From the NCBI RefSeq assembly GCF_006345805.1, contig NC_043004.1, forward strand, positions 84,568,001 through 84,632,000: DNA of 64,000 nt. The letters are read 5' to 3'. Positions 1-11,756 of this stretch are shown piece after piece (positions within the stretch are counted from its first letter, which is position 1; each line of letters begins with the position of its first letter). Source of the DNA: Octopus sinensis. Its lineage: Eukaryota. The notes beneath the pieces are model-generated. The model was not told the DNA's origin, searched no databases, and was given only the letters and a program-made list of their open reading frames with translations. The position numbers and the translations under genes are program-made.

Positions 1-1069
1 ATTGAAGTGTATGAACATATGTATATTAGAGAAGGGTTTTTCAAATACCTTGGATGAAATGCAATGTCTGTCTAGTTATTACTTAATAATGATTAAAACA
101 AGTGAATGCTATTTTTTACTGATCTTGTCACCAACGAATCCCATTCAAACAAATTCAGTTTGACTGTATCCATTTCATATAATGTAAACACTATTTTGAC
201 CAGCGTTACTTTCTTTAGTTACGTATTACAGACACTCGATATCTATGCAGCTCCAGTTATGCGATCCATCCACAAACAATATAAGTATATAATTTTTGCC
301 ACTAGGAAATTAATACCGATAACGATTTTAGTGTATCTACATATCATACACCAAAATTAGTATAAAATTGTTTGGTCAAGATCCTTAGATAAACACAGCT
401 GAAATTGAAATTTATCGAAACGAGAAGAAAAGAAATAGGTATTTTAGATCTGGCAAGAGATGAATAATTGAATATTACATTTGATATTTATATTTCAGGA
501 AGTGAACGTCGATTTTATTTTATCTCAACTTACTCCACAGAAGTGTTGTGTAACCAAATGTGGTATTTGTATAATAACGTTATGCAAATAATATTATCTT
601 AGCGAACAACGAAACGTCAAAAATAAAGTATTAAATTAAATCAAAATCACATCTTGTCACATTACATTAACCAGCTGCAACTAAATATAAGAAATAGAAT
701 TTACTTCAAACGAAGCTTACGCAATTTTTGGTTTAATAATTCTAATATTCAAAGAGAGAGAAAAAACTGTAAATAATACCTGACGTACATTTTAATTTAA
801 TTTTCAATATTTGAAACACAGGAAACTGATTTGTAATATAAAAATTCTTCAGCTTTATCACCAAGCTATTTACTCTATGGTAATAAGCATCTAAAGAATT
901 TAGTAGTTCATCTTCTTAGGTATAAGTAATTAAAATAGTTTGAAAATTGTAAACTAGTGTTATGTTCGAATGCAATGTTTAGGTAACACATATACAGCAA
1001 CGTTAATACGTGCACACATACACAAATTGTTCCGTATTCATTATAATCTATGTTTGTATAGATATAAGT

Positions 1070-1083
1070 ATTTACCTATATAC

Positions 1084-1141
<58 letters not shown>

Positions 1142-1210
1142 GTTTGTATATATATATATATATATTAATATGTATGTATGTATGTATGCATGTATGTATG
1201 TATGTATATA

Positions 1211-1254
<44 letters not shown>

Positions 1255-1293
1255 CGTATATATAAGTGTATATATATATATATGTGTGTGTGT

Positions 1294-1324
<31 letters not shown>

Positions 1325-1325
1325 C
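1070..1325. repeat. (TA)n/(TATG)n microsatellite
   Basis: Direct inspection; source of ORFs 970-1329 and 1041-1334. Confidence 0.95.
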
Positions 1326-1684
1326 TTGAAGCAATGAGAGGCAGATAGCGAAATTACAGTGTGCTTTGAATGTTGGATGAAAGAAAGCGTTTTTATGAAG
1401 GAAGCTACTTTAATTATCAGAAGCTCGATTTTAATTATCAGAAATTTGGATCAATAAAAACATCTGTTTAGAAATCTCGACAGTATAACTGTGCTAACCC
1501 TTATGTTTGACTCCATGTTAAGTTTATATTCTGCTCTCTCACAATGAAAACTGCGCTATTTCTGAAATTATCTCAATGACAGATATTTGGAGTTTTCTAA
1601 TATCACACCTGAAGTAAAATTAGGTAATAAGTAATAAATATCAGAGTACATAACCAAATTTTGAACATGTATACTTCCACACAC

Positions 1685-1725
<41 letters not shown>

Positions 1726-1857
1726 TATGTAAAATGCAGCATCTGATAAACGGGAACGATAAATTTGAAACGCAAACACACACAATTATACGAGAACAAT
1801 ACATAGCATTGTGAACTGGTAATGAAATTTTGTACATTACTGACTTCCAGAAGACTG

Positions 1858-2060
1858 TCTCTTCTTCTTCTTCTTCTTCTTCTTCTTCTTCTTCTTCTTC
1901 TTCTTCTTCTTCTTCTTCTTCTTCTTCTTCTTCTTCTTCTTCTTCTTCTTCTTCTTCTTCTTCTTCTTCTTCTTCTTCTTCTTCTTCTTTTTCTCCTTCT
2001 TCTTCTTTATGTACTTCTAATTATCATCATCATCATCATCATTATTGCTGTTATTATTAT
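1858..2060. repeat. (TCT)n then (CAT/ATT)n microsatellite
   Basis: Direct inspection; about 40 TCT units. Confidence 0.95.
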
Positions 2061-2323
2061 TTTTTTCTTTAGATTTTGTTTCCATTTCTTGCAGCGTGTC
2101 CTCCCGACTCCTAGTGCAAAATATCTCACCGTACACATTGTACAGTCATTAAAATAAGCACACCATGTATGTATATATATATATATATATATCACATGTC
2201 GTCTTGTGTAGACAGTGCCACATGAATTTATAAAATGGAACAAAAACCATACACAAACACAATTATATGTTCATATATATATATGTACATATATATATAT
2301 ATATTTATTTATTTTATAGAAGG

Positions 2324-2374
2324 AGCTTCTACAGGGCTAGAACTGTTTCATTCAAAAGAAATCATCAGGAAGCT
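2324..2374 (-). ncRNA. Type I hammerhead ribozyme motif (mirror copy on minus strand)
   Basis: Reverse complement reads AGCTTC-CTGATGA-TTTCTTTTGAAT-GAAA-CAG-TTCTAGCC-CTG-TA-GAAGCT. It differs from the plus copy only in loop III. Confidence 0.75.
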
Positions 2375-2416
2375 AGGTGACAAGAATAGTTTTCTTGTAA
2401 TCTATTCTTGTCACCT

Positions 2417-2467
2417 AGCTTCCTGATGATTTCTTTTGAATGAAACAGTTCTAGTCCTGTAGAAGCT
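2417..2467 (+). ncRNA. Type I hammerhead ribozyme motif (minimal, Penelope-type)
   Basis: Stem I AGCTTC(2417-2422)/GAAGCT(2462-2467); core CTGATGA 2423-2429; T-TTC-TTTT-GAA-T stem II; GAAA 2442-2445; stem III ACAG/CTGT with loop TTCTAGTC; GTA cleavage triplet 2459-2461. The 10.1-11.1 pair is U-U rather than G-C. Confidence 0.75.
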
Positions 2468-2549
2468 CCTTCTATAAAATAAATTAATTTACTCTGCTAT
2501 GTATTGAGTACCTTATTTACTGTGGTTAACCCCGACTCAACCCGGGACC

Positions 2550-2618
<69 letters not shown>

Positions 2619-3974
2619 GTGTGTCTGTGTGTTTTATAAAATCATGTACTAGACGATGTGTGATATAGATTTTATATTTCCTTTTCATAAAATTAAGAAC
2701 GTAAAACTCAAGAAATAGAAAGCATGTTTGAACAGGTTTGTAACGAAAACATTTCTGAACTTTCGTCTGATTGAGAAAATGATATGTAAACTATACTGCT
2801 TGGATGCTAATAGTAATTACAAATTTAGATGAGGGATCCATAGCCAAAATATTCCACACAACTACAAGAAACTGTTTACGATCATGGTAATATTCATGAA
2901 TTAATTAAAAATGTTGGGGCAATGTAATTAATTCAAAATTCATCCTTAATTGCTGCCGATGTTCATCTGTTTATGAATTAACTGAAATATTCTTCAAAAT
3001 TCCAACAAGTATTCCCAAATAGTCCGATAGAAATGCTTGATTTGACTTGCAAAAATATTTATTCGAAAAAAAAAAGAAAGAAAAAATAGACTTTTTTTTT
3101 TAGCAGAATGATAATTTAAATCTGTAAACTTCTGTTCCACTCAAAAATTGATAGTTACCAAAACTCATTGTCACCTATATACGACGGCGACATATGTTGA
3201 AATGTTAATGGTCGCTTTTCCTATTAACGTGACACGTTGCAGCCTGTTGTTCAAGGCCTACTAAAACGCTAAATACTTTTACTGGCGATATTATAACAAG
3301 GAAAATGAAATTAATCTTTTGACATATAAGCAACGCAGGAAAGTAGTGTTGTATAACATATTTTAACTATTATCAAAATGATATCTCCTGAGAATATGAA
3401 AAACATCTATCTGTGTAAAATCTTTTATCGATTTTCATCAAATTTTAGAATGAGCAAACTAGCTACAATTGAAAGTATTTTATGACTTGCAATGTTATTA
3501 ATAGACACTGGTAGTATAACATAGCCGCATTGCACGCATGATGTGAACTTTAATACTGGTGGCATTGCAAATTTAGAGCAACTTCGTTCATATGTTGACA
3601 ATGATGGTGTAAGACAGTGCAGATTATGCGGATTTGCACACAAATAAAATCTCAAATATAAAATTCGATGTTATTTTTAGTAGTTTGAAAACATAAATCA
3701 AATATTCATGAATTGAAACAGAATCTGGTAAGAATAATCGAAGTCAGAAGATAAGTAGATAATGCACTCTGATGATATAAAATCATGCAAATGCTGAGGT
3801 AATAACAATGGTAATAAATGTTTGGTTTACAATATTAATACTATAAGAAATGGTTTGAACTCACATATACACAAAACACATTAAACTGACACAAAAATAT
3901 ATGAGACACATATAAACGAGAGGAAGTCTAAAATTATCCACACTTGCACCATGATATATCTTTATTATTTTCAG

Positions 3975-4345
3975 GCTGCATTCTGCGCATGCGAGCTTAA
4001 TGTTGGTACTTCTGTGTTCACGTGATCGACGTTTGAGCTTGATCGTGACATTTTTTCTTTACAGTGTAAGCATGGTCGCTCCACTAGCAATATGCACCAA
4101 AGACGAATAAAACAGCAGTGATCCGAATTTCCTGGGAAAAGTGTGTATGATCAACACTGCAATATACAGTACTTTGCTCGTCAACAAACTGAAGCAAGCA
4201 ATTCGCACCATACGCCGAAGCCTATTGTCGAAGACGTTTTTGTTGCTGTATGGCAATGCACGCCAACACACGGCTGCCCAGATCGTTGAAACCATTAACC
4301 AGTTGCGTTTGAGGTGCTGGAACACTCTGCCTACGATATATATAT
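3975..4345 (+). mobile_element. Internally deleted mariner transposase relic
   Basis: ATG at 4072 gives MVAPLAICTKDE*, then RAVIRF-like residues after a frameshift (mariner N-terminus). This joins directly to KLKQAIRTIRRSLLSKTFLLLYGNARQHTAAQIVETINQL and FEVLEHSAY, matching the LHDNARPH...EVLEHPPY region. Several hundred bp of the ORF are missing. Confidence 0.8.
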
Positions 4346-5087
4346 CACAAGGTGTTTGATAATTGCTACAAAATGTTAGAGAAGATGACTGTTTAGCTTT
4401 CACCATAATTATGACGTTATGTGATTGTCTTTTATGATCCGTGAAGTTATTGAAAACCCTTTTATATTTAAAATCATTTTGATCCCTGAGACATACGTTT
4501 TCGAGCCGAGCACTGAAAGGGTGTGTATCAGTTTTAACCTGTAATCATTTACTTACAAAAAAGAAACCAAAAAAGAAAATAAATAAATTACATTTTTCTG
4601 TACCATATCCGAGATTTAAAAATTACTATACACAATCCATATACGAATTTATATATTATCATATATTATCTCGTTTTTTATTTTTTTGTTTACCTTTTTT
4701 TCTTTTTTTTTCTTTCGCTAGGTTTTGTATTTTCTCATTTGCAAAGACAAAGTAAACAATCTTTTTTAAAAAACTTCTTTTCGTCTTTAATTCAGTTTTA
4801 TATTCACAATGCCTACGTACAGCAGAAATAATATTTTCTGACATAAAACAATCATAAGTGTCAAAATAAAAACAAACAGATATAATACAAACATTTATTT
4901 CTCGGCAAAAGTAGGTTACTTTTTCTAAAGATCAATATATTTATATTCGCACAAATGCAGCTGTTCAACTTTATTTAACACATCATGCTGGAAATTAAAT
5001 TTCATTGCAAAATATTTTGAGATGATTGTTTTTCATGCCAGCATTACTGTTGTAGCTGCTACTGCTATCGTAGTCGTCGTGCTGCTA

Positions 5088-5310
5088 TCTTCTTCTTCGT
5101 CTTCTTCTTCTTCTTCTTCTTCTTCTTCTTCTTCTTCTTCTTCTTCTTCTTCTTCTTCTTCTTCTTCTTCTTCTTCTTCTCCTTCTTCTTCTTCTTCTTC
5201 TTCTTCTTCTTCTTCCTCTCCTTCTTCTTCTTATTCTTATTCTTATTCTCCTCCTCCTCTTCTTCTTCTTCTTCGTCTACTTCTTATTCTTCTTCTTCTT
5301 CTTCTTTCAA
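5088..5310. repeat. (TCT)n microsatellite
   Basis: Direct inspection. Confidence 0.95.
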
Positions 5311-5315
5311 TCAGG

Positions 5316-5560
5316 ACTCACGCCATTAGTCACAAAGAATAATCTCTAATTCGATCCTACTCTAAGCTACTAAGAATGCGTGTGGCAACTTGAAGATCCA
5401 CCCACCAAACGCAATTGACTGGCGGTTGCACGGGCCCAAAGGCTACGTTGTTATCCTCATTCCGTAAACGGCGGCTTTTAACGGGTGGAGAGCTGAACCA
5501 TTCTGGGGTACTGAGGATTCGCAATCTAGACTAGGATTTGAAAATTTACCACACCATAGT
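5316..5560 (-). mobile_element. Probable RTE-like LINE 3' end with (GAA)n tail
   Basis: Minus strand gives a degenerate GPVQPPVNCVWWVD segment resembling the RTE GRPP..W C-terminal region and runs into the (TCT)n tract at ~5088-5310. Similarity is weak. Confidence 0.4.
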
Positions 5561-5777
5561 GGTTTACATCATGGTTCCTCTGCTTTGTCGCAGAAGTAAG
5601 AAGAAAGAGTGAGAAAAAGTTGTGGTGAAAGAACGTGTTTACCACACCCTATGCCGGAACCTCGTGGACCTTAGGTGTTTTGCCCAATAAAATCTCGCAA
5701 TGACCGGCCTGGGAATCGAAACCGCGTTCTTACGATCGCGAGTCCGCTGTCCTAACCACTGGGTCATTGAGCCTCAC
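5560..5777 (-). mobile_element. tRNA-derived SINE
   Basis: Minus strand has A box TGACCCAGTGG (5756-5766) and B box GGTTTCGATTCC (5712-5723). Body is similar to the copy at 37808-38050. Confidence 0.8.
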
Positions 5778-6944
5778 TGGTGATGCTGCTGCTAATAGTG
5801 GTCTTCGTGCTACTACTACTACTACTATTACTACTACTACTATAGCTGCGACTAATAATTCTGAAACTATTACTATTGTGAATGATGAAATTGACGAGTT
5901 TCGTCACGAGTGCATCATTCAGAGTTGAGCAGAAGCGATTGTTGGATAAAATTCGACACGTCACTGATACATTTTTCCATTAAGACATAATGGTCGGAAA
6001 GCAAGCATTATATCGGTTTGTTTTCACCTGGGAATGTAAAACTCTGGAATATATATCACATGGGATTATATCCCCACTCCCCGCCGGTTCGACTAGCTTC
6101 TAATCCAATATTTATGAGAAGAAAAAAATAGTCACTATTATAGGAGCCATCATCAGTAAGGTCCTGAACTCGATGGTATCGGCGTTCGATGACAAAGGCA
6201 CTGCTTAACATGGGCAGGATTTGAAATAATAACATAGGGTATTATGATATAATGCGTAACCAGGGCTATTCACCGTTACTCCGATTGTAGTCTTATACGT
6301 AACACGGAATCTTTGATACCGGAATAGTTAGAGACTCTGTGCAGATACATACATATGAAAGGCTAGATGTGATTGAGCTGAATATATACGTTATACGTTT
6401 ATAGGTTTTTACGTTATACGTTTTTGACTCCAAATAAACATACGCATGTCAGAAAGGACGTTTAACTTCTTAAACCAAACAAGTCCCTGCTATATTCTAA
6501 CTTCAACTTAGTTTCTCTAAAGATCGAGCGGCGAAGATTTGGAAAAAGTTCGCTCATATTAATTCTCTTAATTTTAGAATTCATATCTGTTTCTGTGTGT
6601 CGCTTTCCGTGCAAAGTAAAAAAAAAAATCATTCATTTCCTTTACAATGTTTACTTCAAAGAGTTATTCGCCTCATTTTATGATATAAGGCGTAACCAGG
6701 GCTATTTATCGTTAATCGAGATGAAGCCAAATAATGTTCCACAATATCTCTTCTATGTTTATATTGGTAGGGAGGAAAATCCATTTACTCAGATATCCCC
6801 TATTAAGCCAAATCAAAGAAACATTTTCCATGCAATAAACTAAGTACATCCTTTTAGTGCCATACTCTCTAATAATGACTATTACCTTATCATTATTTTG
6901 CTATTTCTACTACTACTACTACTAATAATAATAATATTACTATT

Positions 6945-6996
<52 letters not shown>

Positions 6997-6997
6997 A

Positions 6998-7028
<31 letters not shown>

Positions 7029-7039
7029 GTCAGAGAATT

Positions 7040-7142
7040 GCTTACAAAGAATAAGTCCTGGGGTCGATTTGGTCGACTAAAAAGGCAGTGCTCCAGCATG
7101 GCCACAGTCATATGACTAAAACAAGTAAAAGAGTAAAAAGTA
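7040..7142 (+). mobile_element. SINE 3' portion (GGTGCTCCAGCATGGCC family)
   Basis: AAGAATAAGTCCTGGGGTCGATTTG...GCAGTGCTCCAGCATGGCCACAGTC...AAACAAGTAAAAGAG. Related segments recur at ~10300-10400, ~21000-21100, ~33500, ~34600 and ~57350. Confidence 0.8.
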
Positions 7143-7149
7143 TTCTAGC

Positions 7150-7985
7150 AAACAACTTGCACATGCAAGTGTTACCAGTCAAGAACTCCGCATAACGGGA
7201 GCTAGCAAGTGTATGGGGGTCATCAGGAGAGAATGCGTGGAGAGAATCAGGAGAGAATCGTGGCCTATCTTCCGACGGCATGGATGCGTACCAGCCCCCC
7301 ACTCACTGATATGAGGCCCCGCTTACTAGATAAACTGGTAATTAAATATAGCTCAATATTTCTATATCCGTCACTCATCGTTTCTTTTTACTAACTCCTG
7401 TGGCTAGCCTTCTCCACTGTAGTTTGGATATCAGTCATGGTGGTATTTACCTTACGGTGCGTTAGGCCTAAGGATAACAACATTCGTCTCACACTGGGTC
7501 CAACTAACCCTCTACATCCGACTTTGATTGCAAAATGCTCTGCTTTCCAGCCTGCTTCCTCACATTCTTCGCGGAGGTTTACATGATGATCGATCTTTCG
7601 AGCTGGAGAGGTGTCCATGTTATCTTCATGAGGAACCTTTAACTAGACTAAATTTACAACTTTCTTTCCTTCAATCCACATTAAAATGTCCAGTTCTTTC
7701 GTAAATGTGATGGGAAAGAGTTCCTGGAACCCTGACAAATCTACAGTCACCTCCCAATAGCCGTTCCACTTTTCATCTCTCACAGGTACTTTCTTGTTCT
7801 TGTTTTTGAAACGGATCTCCTGACCTGAACGCATGAAGGTAATGAACTCCGTAATTGGTATTTTCAACGGTTTTTTTATCACTGTGGTTGATTTCAATTC
7901 GGTTCTTTATAGCATTAAAGATAACCTTAAGTATCTGGTTATGTCTCCATGTATACCTGTTCAATTCTAATATATATGTTGTTTG
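7150..7985 (-). mobile_element. HERO-clade non-LTR retrotransposon 3' end (RLE domain plus 3' UTR), degenerate
   Basis: YTWRHNQILKVIF (ORF 7773-7964), WEVTVDL...FP, LKVPHEDNMDT, and REECEEAGWKAEHFAIKVGCRGLVG...EKAS (ORF 7391-7618). These match HERO-type RHN/ELTVPWE/PIEVGCRGF motifs. Frameshifted. Confidence 0.8.
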
Positions 7986-10269
7986 CGACCAAGTTTTAGG
8001 TGACGAATGAGGCGAGGCTGTATGAGGATTTTATACTAGAAGCAAAGTATTACATACCCACAGATTGACTACGTGATGTTTCCAATTGAATACTACTGCT
8101 CAGTTCTTTCAATCATAAGCGTGACAGCATGCATGCTTTGTATAGTTCATACGTTATAACATATTTACAACATATTTCAGTTGTAATACGTTTGCACGGG
8201 AGAAAACGAATGGAGTGTAATAGGGAAATGTGCGAATCAAATAATCAGAGGTTGCGGTACATCTCGGAAAGCTAACTTTCTATTCGGCATTAGTTACCGA
8301 CTCCATCTCATCGGGCACTACACACTCGACTATTGTAGACAATCTATATGAAATAATCTGTCTAGATGTGTCATAGTAATTCAATTACGCCTAATTAATT
8401 CTCATGAATACAACATGAATAAAGGAATATAGGTTATTAAAAAATGTTGGGGGGATGATTATATAAACGGTATAATTAATTACTTTGGGAATAGATATAA
8501 AATAGAATATCAATACCCTAAAGGTGGTACATTTTAAACTAGATGTTGTGAAATGATATCCTAATATATCCAGCAAGCATCATCCACTTGAAAAATGTAC
8601 TAAATTTGCTTCTAAACTGTAGACAATCTATAGAACTGAGTATAAGTTAAAAGGCAAATGGAAATTAGTAACATTCTCTTCAATTATTTTGTTTACGTAC
8701 ACAAAATTTCCGGGAAATTGATCATACACAGACGTAGTTTAATTTAAAATACTACACATAAAAGACAGAATAAATAAGAAAATGTTAGGATGAATAATTG
8801 ACATCAATATAAAAAGTGAAACGGATGCTAAAAATAGAATAAACTACAACCTCAAAATAATAAATTGAAAATTGAATGAATTGAAGACCAGAGAAGATGT
8901 AACTAAAAAACAAACAGTAAGTTATTTGCAACATTCCCAAGCTACCACACCAAAGGCAATGCAAAAGAGTGTATCGTCGCCACACTCAGTATAATTTCAA
9001 AATAGGAATCTACAATGCTAGGCGAACTAAAATAAATAGATTAAAGAAAAAAATGTAAAGATGTTAGTGTAATAATGAAAAAAAATTACGAAAGAAATGC
9101 TTTTTATATTTTTAGAAAACGTTTAAGTAGATACACAAAATTAATTTCCTTACGGAAAATATTATTTATGTCAAAAGTAAAATAAAATATTAATAAAACG
9201 ATCGGCGAAAGTTAGGAGAATTTCCAAAAGATGCTGAAGATAAAAGGGAAATAAATATTTTAATTTCAGTTAATATTTGCAAGAGTCATGGAATAAGAAC
9301 ATGTGCCATATTGGAAGTCAAAAATGGCTGGAATAACACCAATAAAAACTGAAGCACAAACGTAATCTGGTAACATAACGTCTCTGCAGTCAGGACCTCT
9401 TCGTGAAATGAATATAGTATGCTAGGACTAGAAAATTAATTAGAATGAAATAAGTAGAAACGGTTACGAGCAAAAAGGTAAGATAAAAGCAAAATATATT
9501 ATGGAACGTATTAGTAGATATTGAAAAGTAATTTCACGAAAGAAACAGAGAATTATATTTGAGGAAAACAACAAGAAATGTTAATAAATAAATGAGAAAT
9601 TCTGTATTTAATTCCAAAATATACTGGAGTTAAGATAGGAAGTAAGAAATTACTATTATTCAATAAATTGCTGGAATTACCAAATAACGAAATATGCCAG
9701 CCTGAATGTCAAAAGTGACTTATAGGGTGCCAAACTCATAAAGCACAGGCGCATTGAAATAACACACTTTTCATTCACTGGATATCTGCAACAGTGTAAC
9801 AAGGAAAATAATTAGAAAGAAGCAGCTAGAACAGCGAAGAAAAAGAGAAGAGAAAAGCCCAGATTTTATTAGATAATTTTATTTCACTGAAGAATAAATT
9901 TAGATCTAACAAAAAGAATAAGTTATTAATAAACGAAATGAAAAAAAGTTTAGACAGATTTCCGAAATATACTGAAAATTAAATGGAAAAATATTGCCAT
10001 TCTTAATTCATAGCACAAGTCAGCAGAATATGCTAGAGTGAAACAAAAAATTGATACAAGCAGAATTAGTAGTAACCGAAAACTAGATGTTATCAGATAT
10101 TACAAAAATGCATCAAACCACATCGGATCAACTGGAACCCTCGTCGTCATATCTGAAGCAGTGCCGCGATATATGTGTGTGAGTGTGCATGTATGTGTGT
10201 ATGTGTGTGTGTGTGTGTGTAGGTGTGTTTGTCGTTCACCAACGCTTCACAACTACTGTTCGTATGTTC

Positions 10270-10410
10270 AGTTCCCCATGAATTAGCGGTTCGGTAAAAT
10301 AAACTGAGAGAGTAAGTACTGTGATTAGAGTTTTTTCGGCTGAGATCCTACAAGGCGGTGTCCCACCATGGTCACACTGAAATGATAGAAACTAGAAAAA
10401 AGGTAAAACA
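10270..10410 (+). mobile_element. Degenerate SINE 3' portion
   Basis: TTAGCGGTTCGGTAAAA...AAGGCGGTGTCCCACCATGGTCACA, same family as 7040-7142. Confidence 0.65.
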
Positions 10411-10547
10411 ATTACAAATCATTGTACCCTACATACAACCTACTCAATCACTCTCCAAACAGTATTATATACACAATATCAGCCGTCGCCAAATACATGA
10501 AGTAACACAATTACGCACATAGTGTTACTAAAAACAATTGCAGCGTG

Positions 10548-10629
10548 GAAGTCGCGACCTGTTCATTAACAACGTTCCCTGCTGTGGAGATCCAGCACGG
10601 ACTTTTGTCATTAAACAGGTCGCGGTTTC
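10548..10629 (+). ncRNA. Candidate pri-miRNA hairpin (unnamed)
   Basis: 37-position stem with 28 Watson-Crick pairs, 3 G-U pairs, 6 single mismatches and no bulges. Loop is 8 nt (10585-10592). UG at 10546-10547 sits at the basal junction and UGUG at 10583-10586 at the apical junction. No expression evidence; I do not recognise the family. Confidence 0.4.
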
Positions 10630-11010
10630 AAAGAGACGAAAATATTTTGACAAATTAAATTTAAATTTTGAAGTGTATCTGACGGTGTTTTTTGTGTTTT
10701 TAAAAGGCTTATAACCACCTTTCACGCAGCAATTGATTTTGTTTCAACACACGATCTCAGATCAGGTCAGTTGCTATGCAAGTACATCTCTGTTATTAAA
10801 AACAATACCAGATACAACATAAGAAGCAACAATCTGAATTGCATTTCAGTCTAGAACCGCTGTAACACATTAATGTTATCCAATATTCTACAAAAAAGAT
10901 GCTCTTCCGCGTCGCAGGTGTAGGGGCCTGCATTAGTTGGGGCAACAGCAAATCGAGCGAAGCTCATTCATCAGTTTTAAAATTACATATATTGTTTCAA
11001 TTACGGCTCG

Positions 11011-11061
<51 letters not shown>

Positions 11062-11075
11062 TGGTGGTGGTGGTG

Positions 11076-11106
<31 letters not shown>

Positions 11107-11135
11107 GGGCAGCAGCAGCAGCAGCAGCAGTAGAA

Positions 11136-11640
11136 TTGAGTTAGAGAGCAGTGCATGACATCAAAGTGACACTGGCGTAAAATATACGAAGCCCACTATA
11201 CCCATCAGTACTACCCGTCTGATAAGGGTACACATGCATCTCACACATATATGTAGGACATAGTGATCACATGACCTTGCATGTAGGGCTCCGTTAGAAT
11301 TTTTTTTTCAGATCGGTTATCCCATCCCGCTCAAAAGGTCCCTGAATAAGTGTTGTTTATGGATGTTAAACGAAACACCCATGTTTCCAGATGTGAATTT
11401 TTTTAACTCCAACGAATTCGTCTCAACACATGACTATGGTTCTCCCACACTACTTCTGCTCATGATCAGAGATGCACATATCGTCAGCCACTAAGGGACA
11501 TGCTCAACTGGTAACGGTCAAACAATTGACAAGCAACTCTGTGGTAGTGTGCAGAATATTTGCTGTAGCCCATCTTTTGTACCAAGACACAACAATGTGC
11601 AAATGCCATGAGAGCCACTGCCCGTTATTGCATCAGGATA
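11136..11640. mobile_element. Non-coding ~500-bp interspersed repeat, copy 1
   Basis: Colinear with 12617-13173 (GAGAGCAGTGCATG...CATCAGG) with internal deletions. Flanked by (TAG/CAG)n and (ATT)n tracts. Confidence 0.85.
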
Positions 11641-11666
11641 TTATTATTATTATTATTATTATTATG

Positions 11667-11698
<32 letters not shown>

Positions 11699-11756
11699 CA
11701 CTATCATCATCATCATCATCATCATCATTAATATTGCTGTTGTTGTTGTTGTTATG

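Larger units (their letters stand above)
2307..2484. repeat. Near-perfect palindrome (83-bp arms, 12-nt spacer), probably an inverted Penelope-like terminal fragment
   Basis: 2307-2389 is the reverse complement of 2402-2484 with one mismatch (ACAGGGCTAG vs ACAGGACTAG). Spacer is TTTTCTTGTAAT. A (TA)n tract lies just upstream. The Penelope link is inferred from the hammerhead motif in each arm. Confidence 0.9.

Noticed and set aside
499-562. Possible plus-strand micro-exon after TATTTCAG
   Set aside because: Weak donor, no recognisable peptide, and such sites are common by chance in AT-rich DNA.
3515-3650. *PHCTHDVNFNTGGIANLEQ, reminiscent of a BED-type zinc finger
   Set aside because: Needs a stop read as Cys, lacks the histidine pair, and has no adjacent transposase motifs.
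5700-5777. tRNA-like sequences here and at 33160-33226 and 38020-38050
   Set aside because: These are SINE heads with A/B boxes but no complete cloverleaf or acceptor stem, followed by SINE bodies.
8990-10090. A-rich plus-strand skew suggesting an ancient LINE
   Set aside because: No RT motif could be read with confidence in any frame.
10945-10985. Minus-strand CTGATGA-AT-GAGC-TTC-GCTC-GATT hammerhead-like string
   Set aside because: GAAA is replaced by GATT, and stems I and III are absent.
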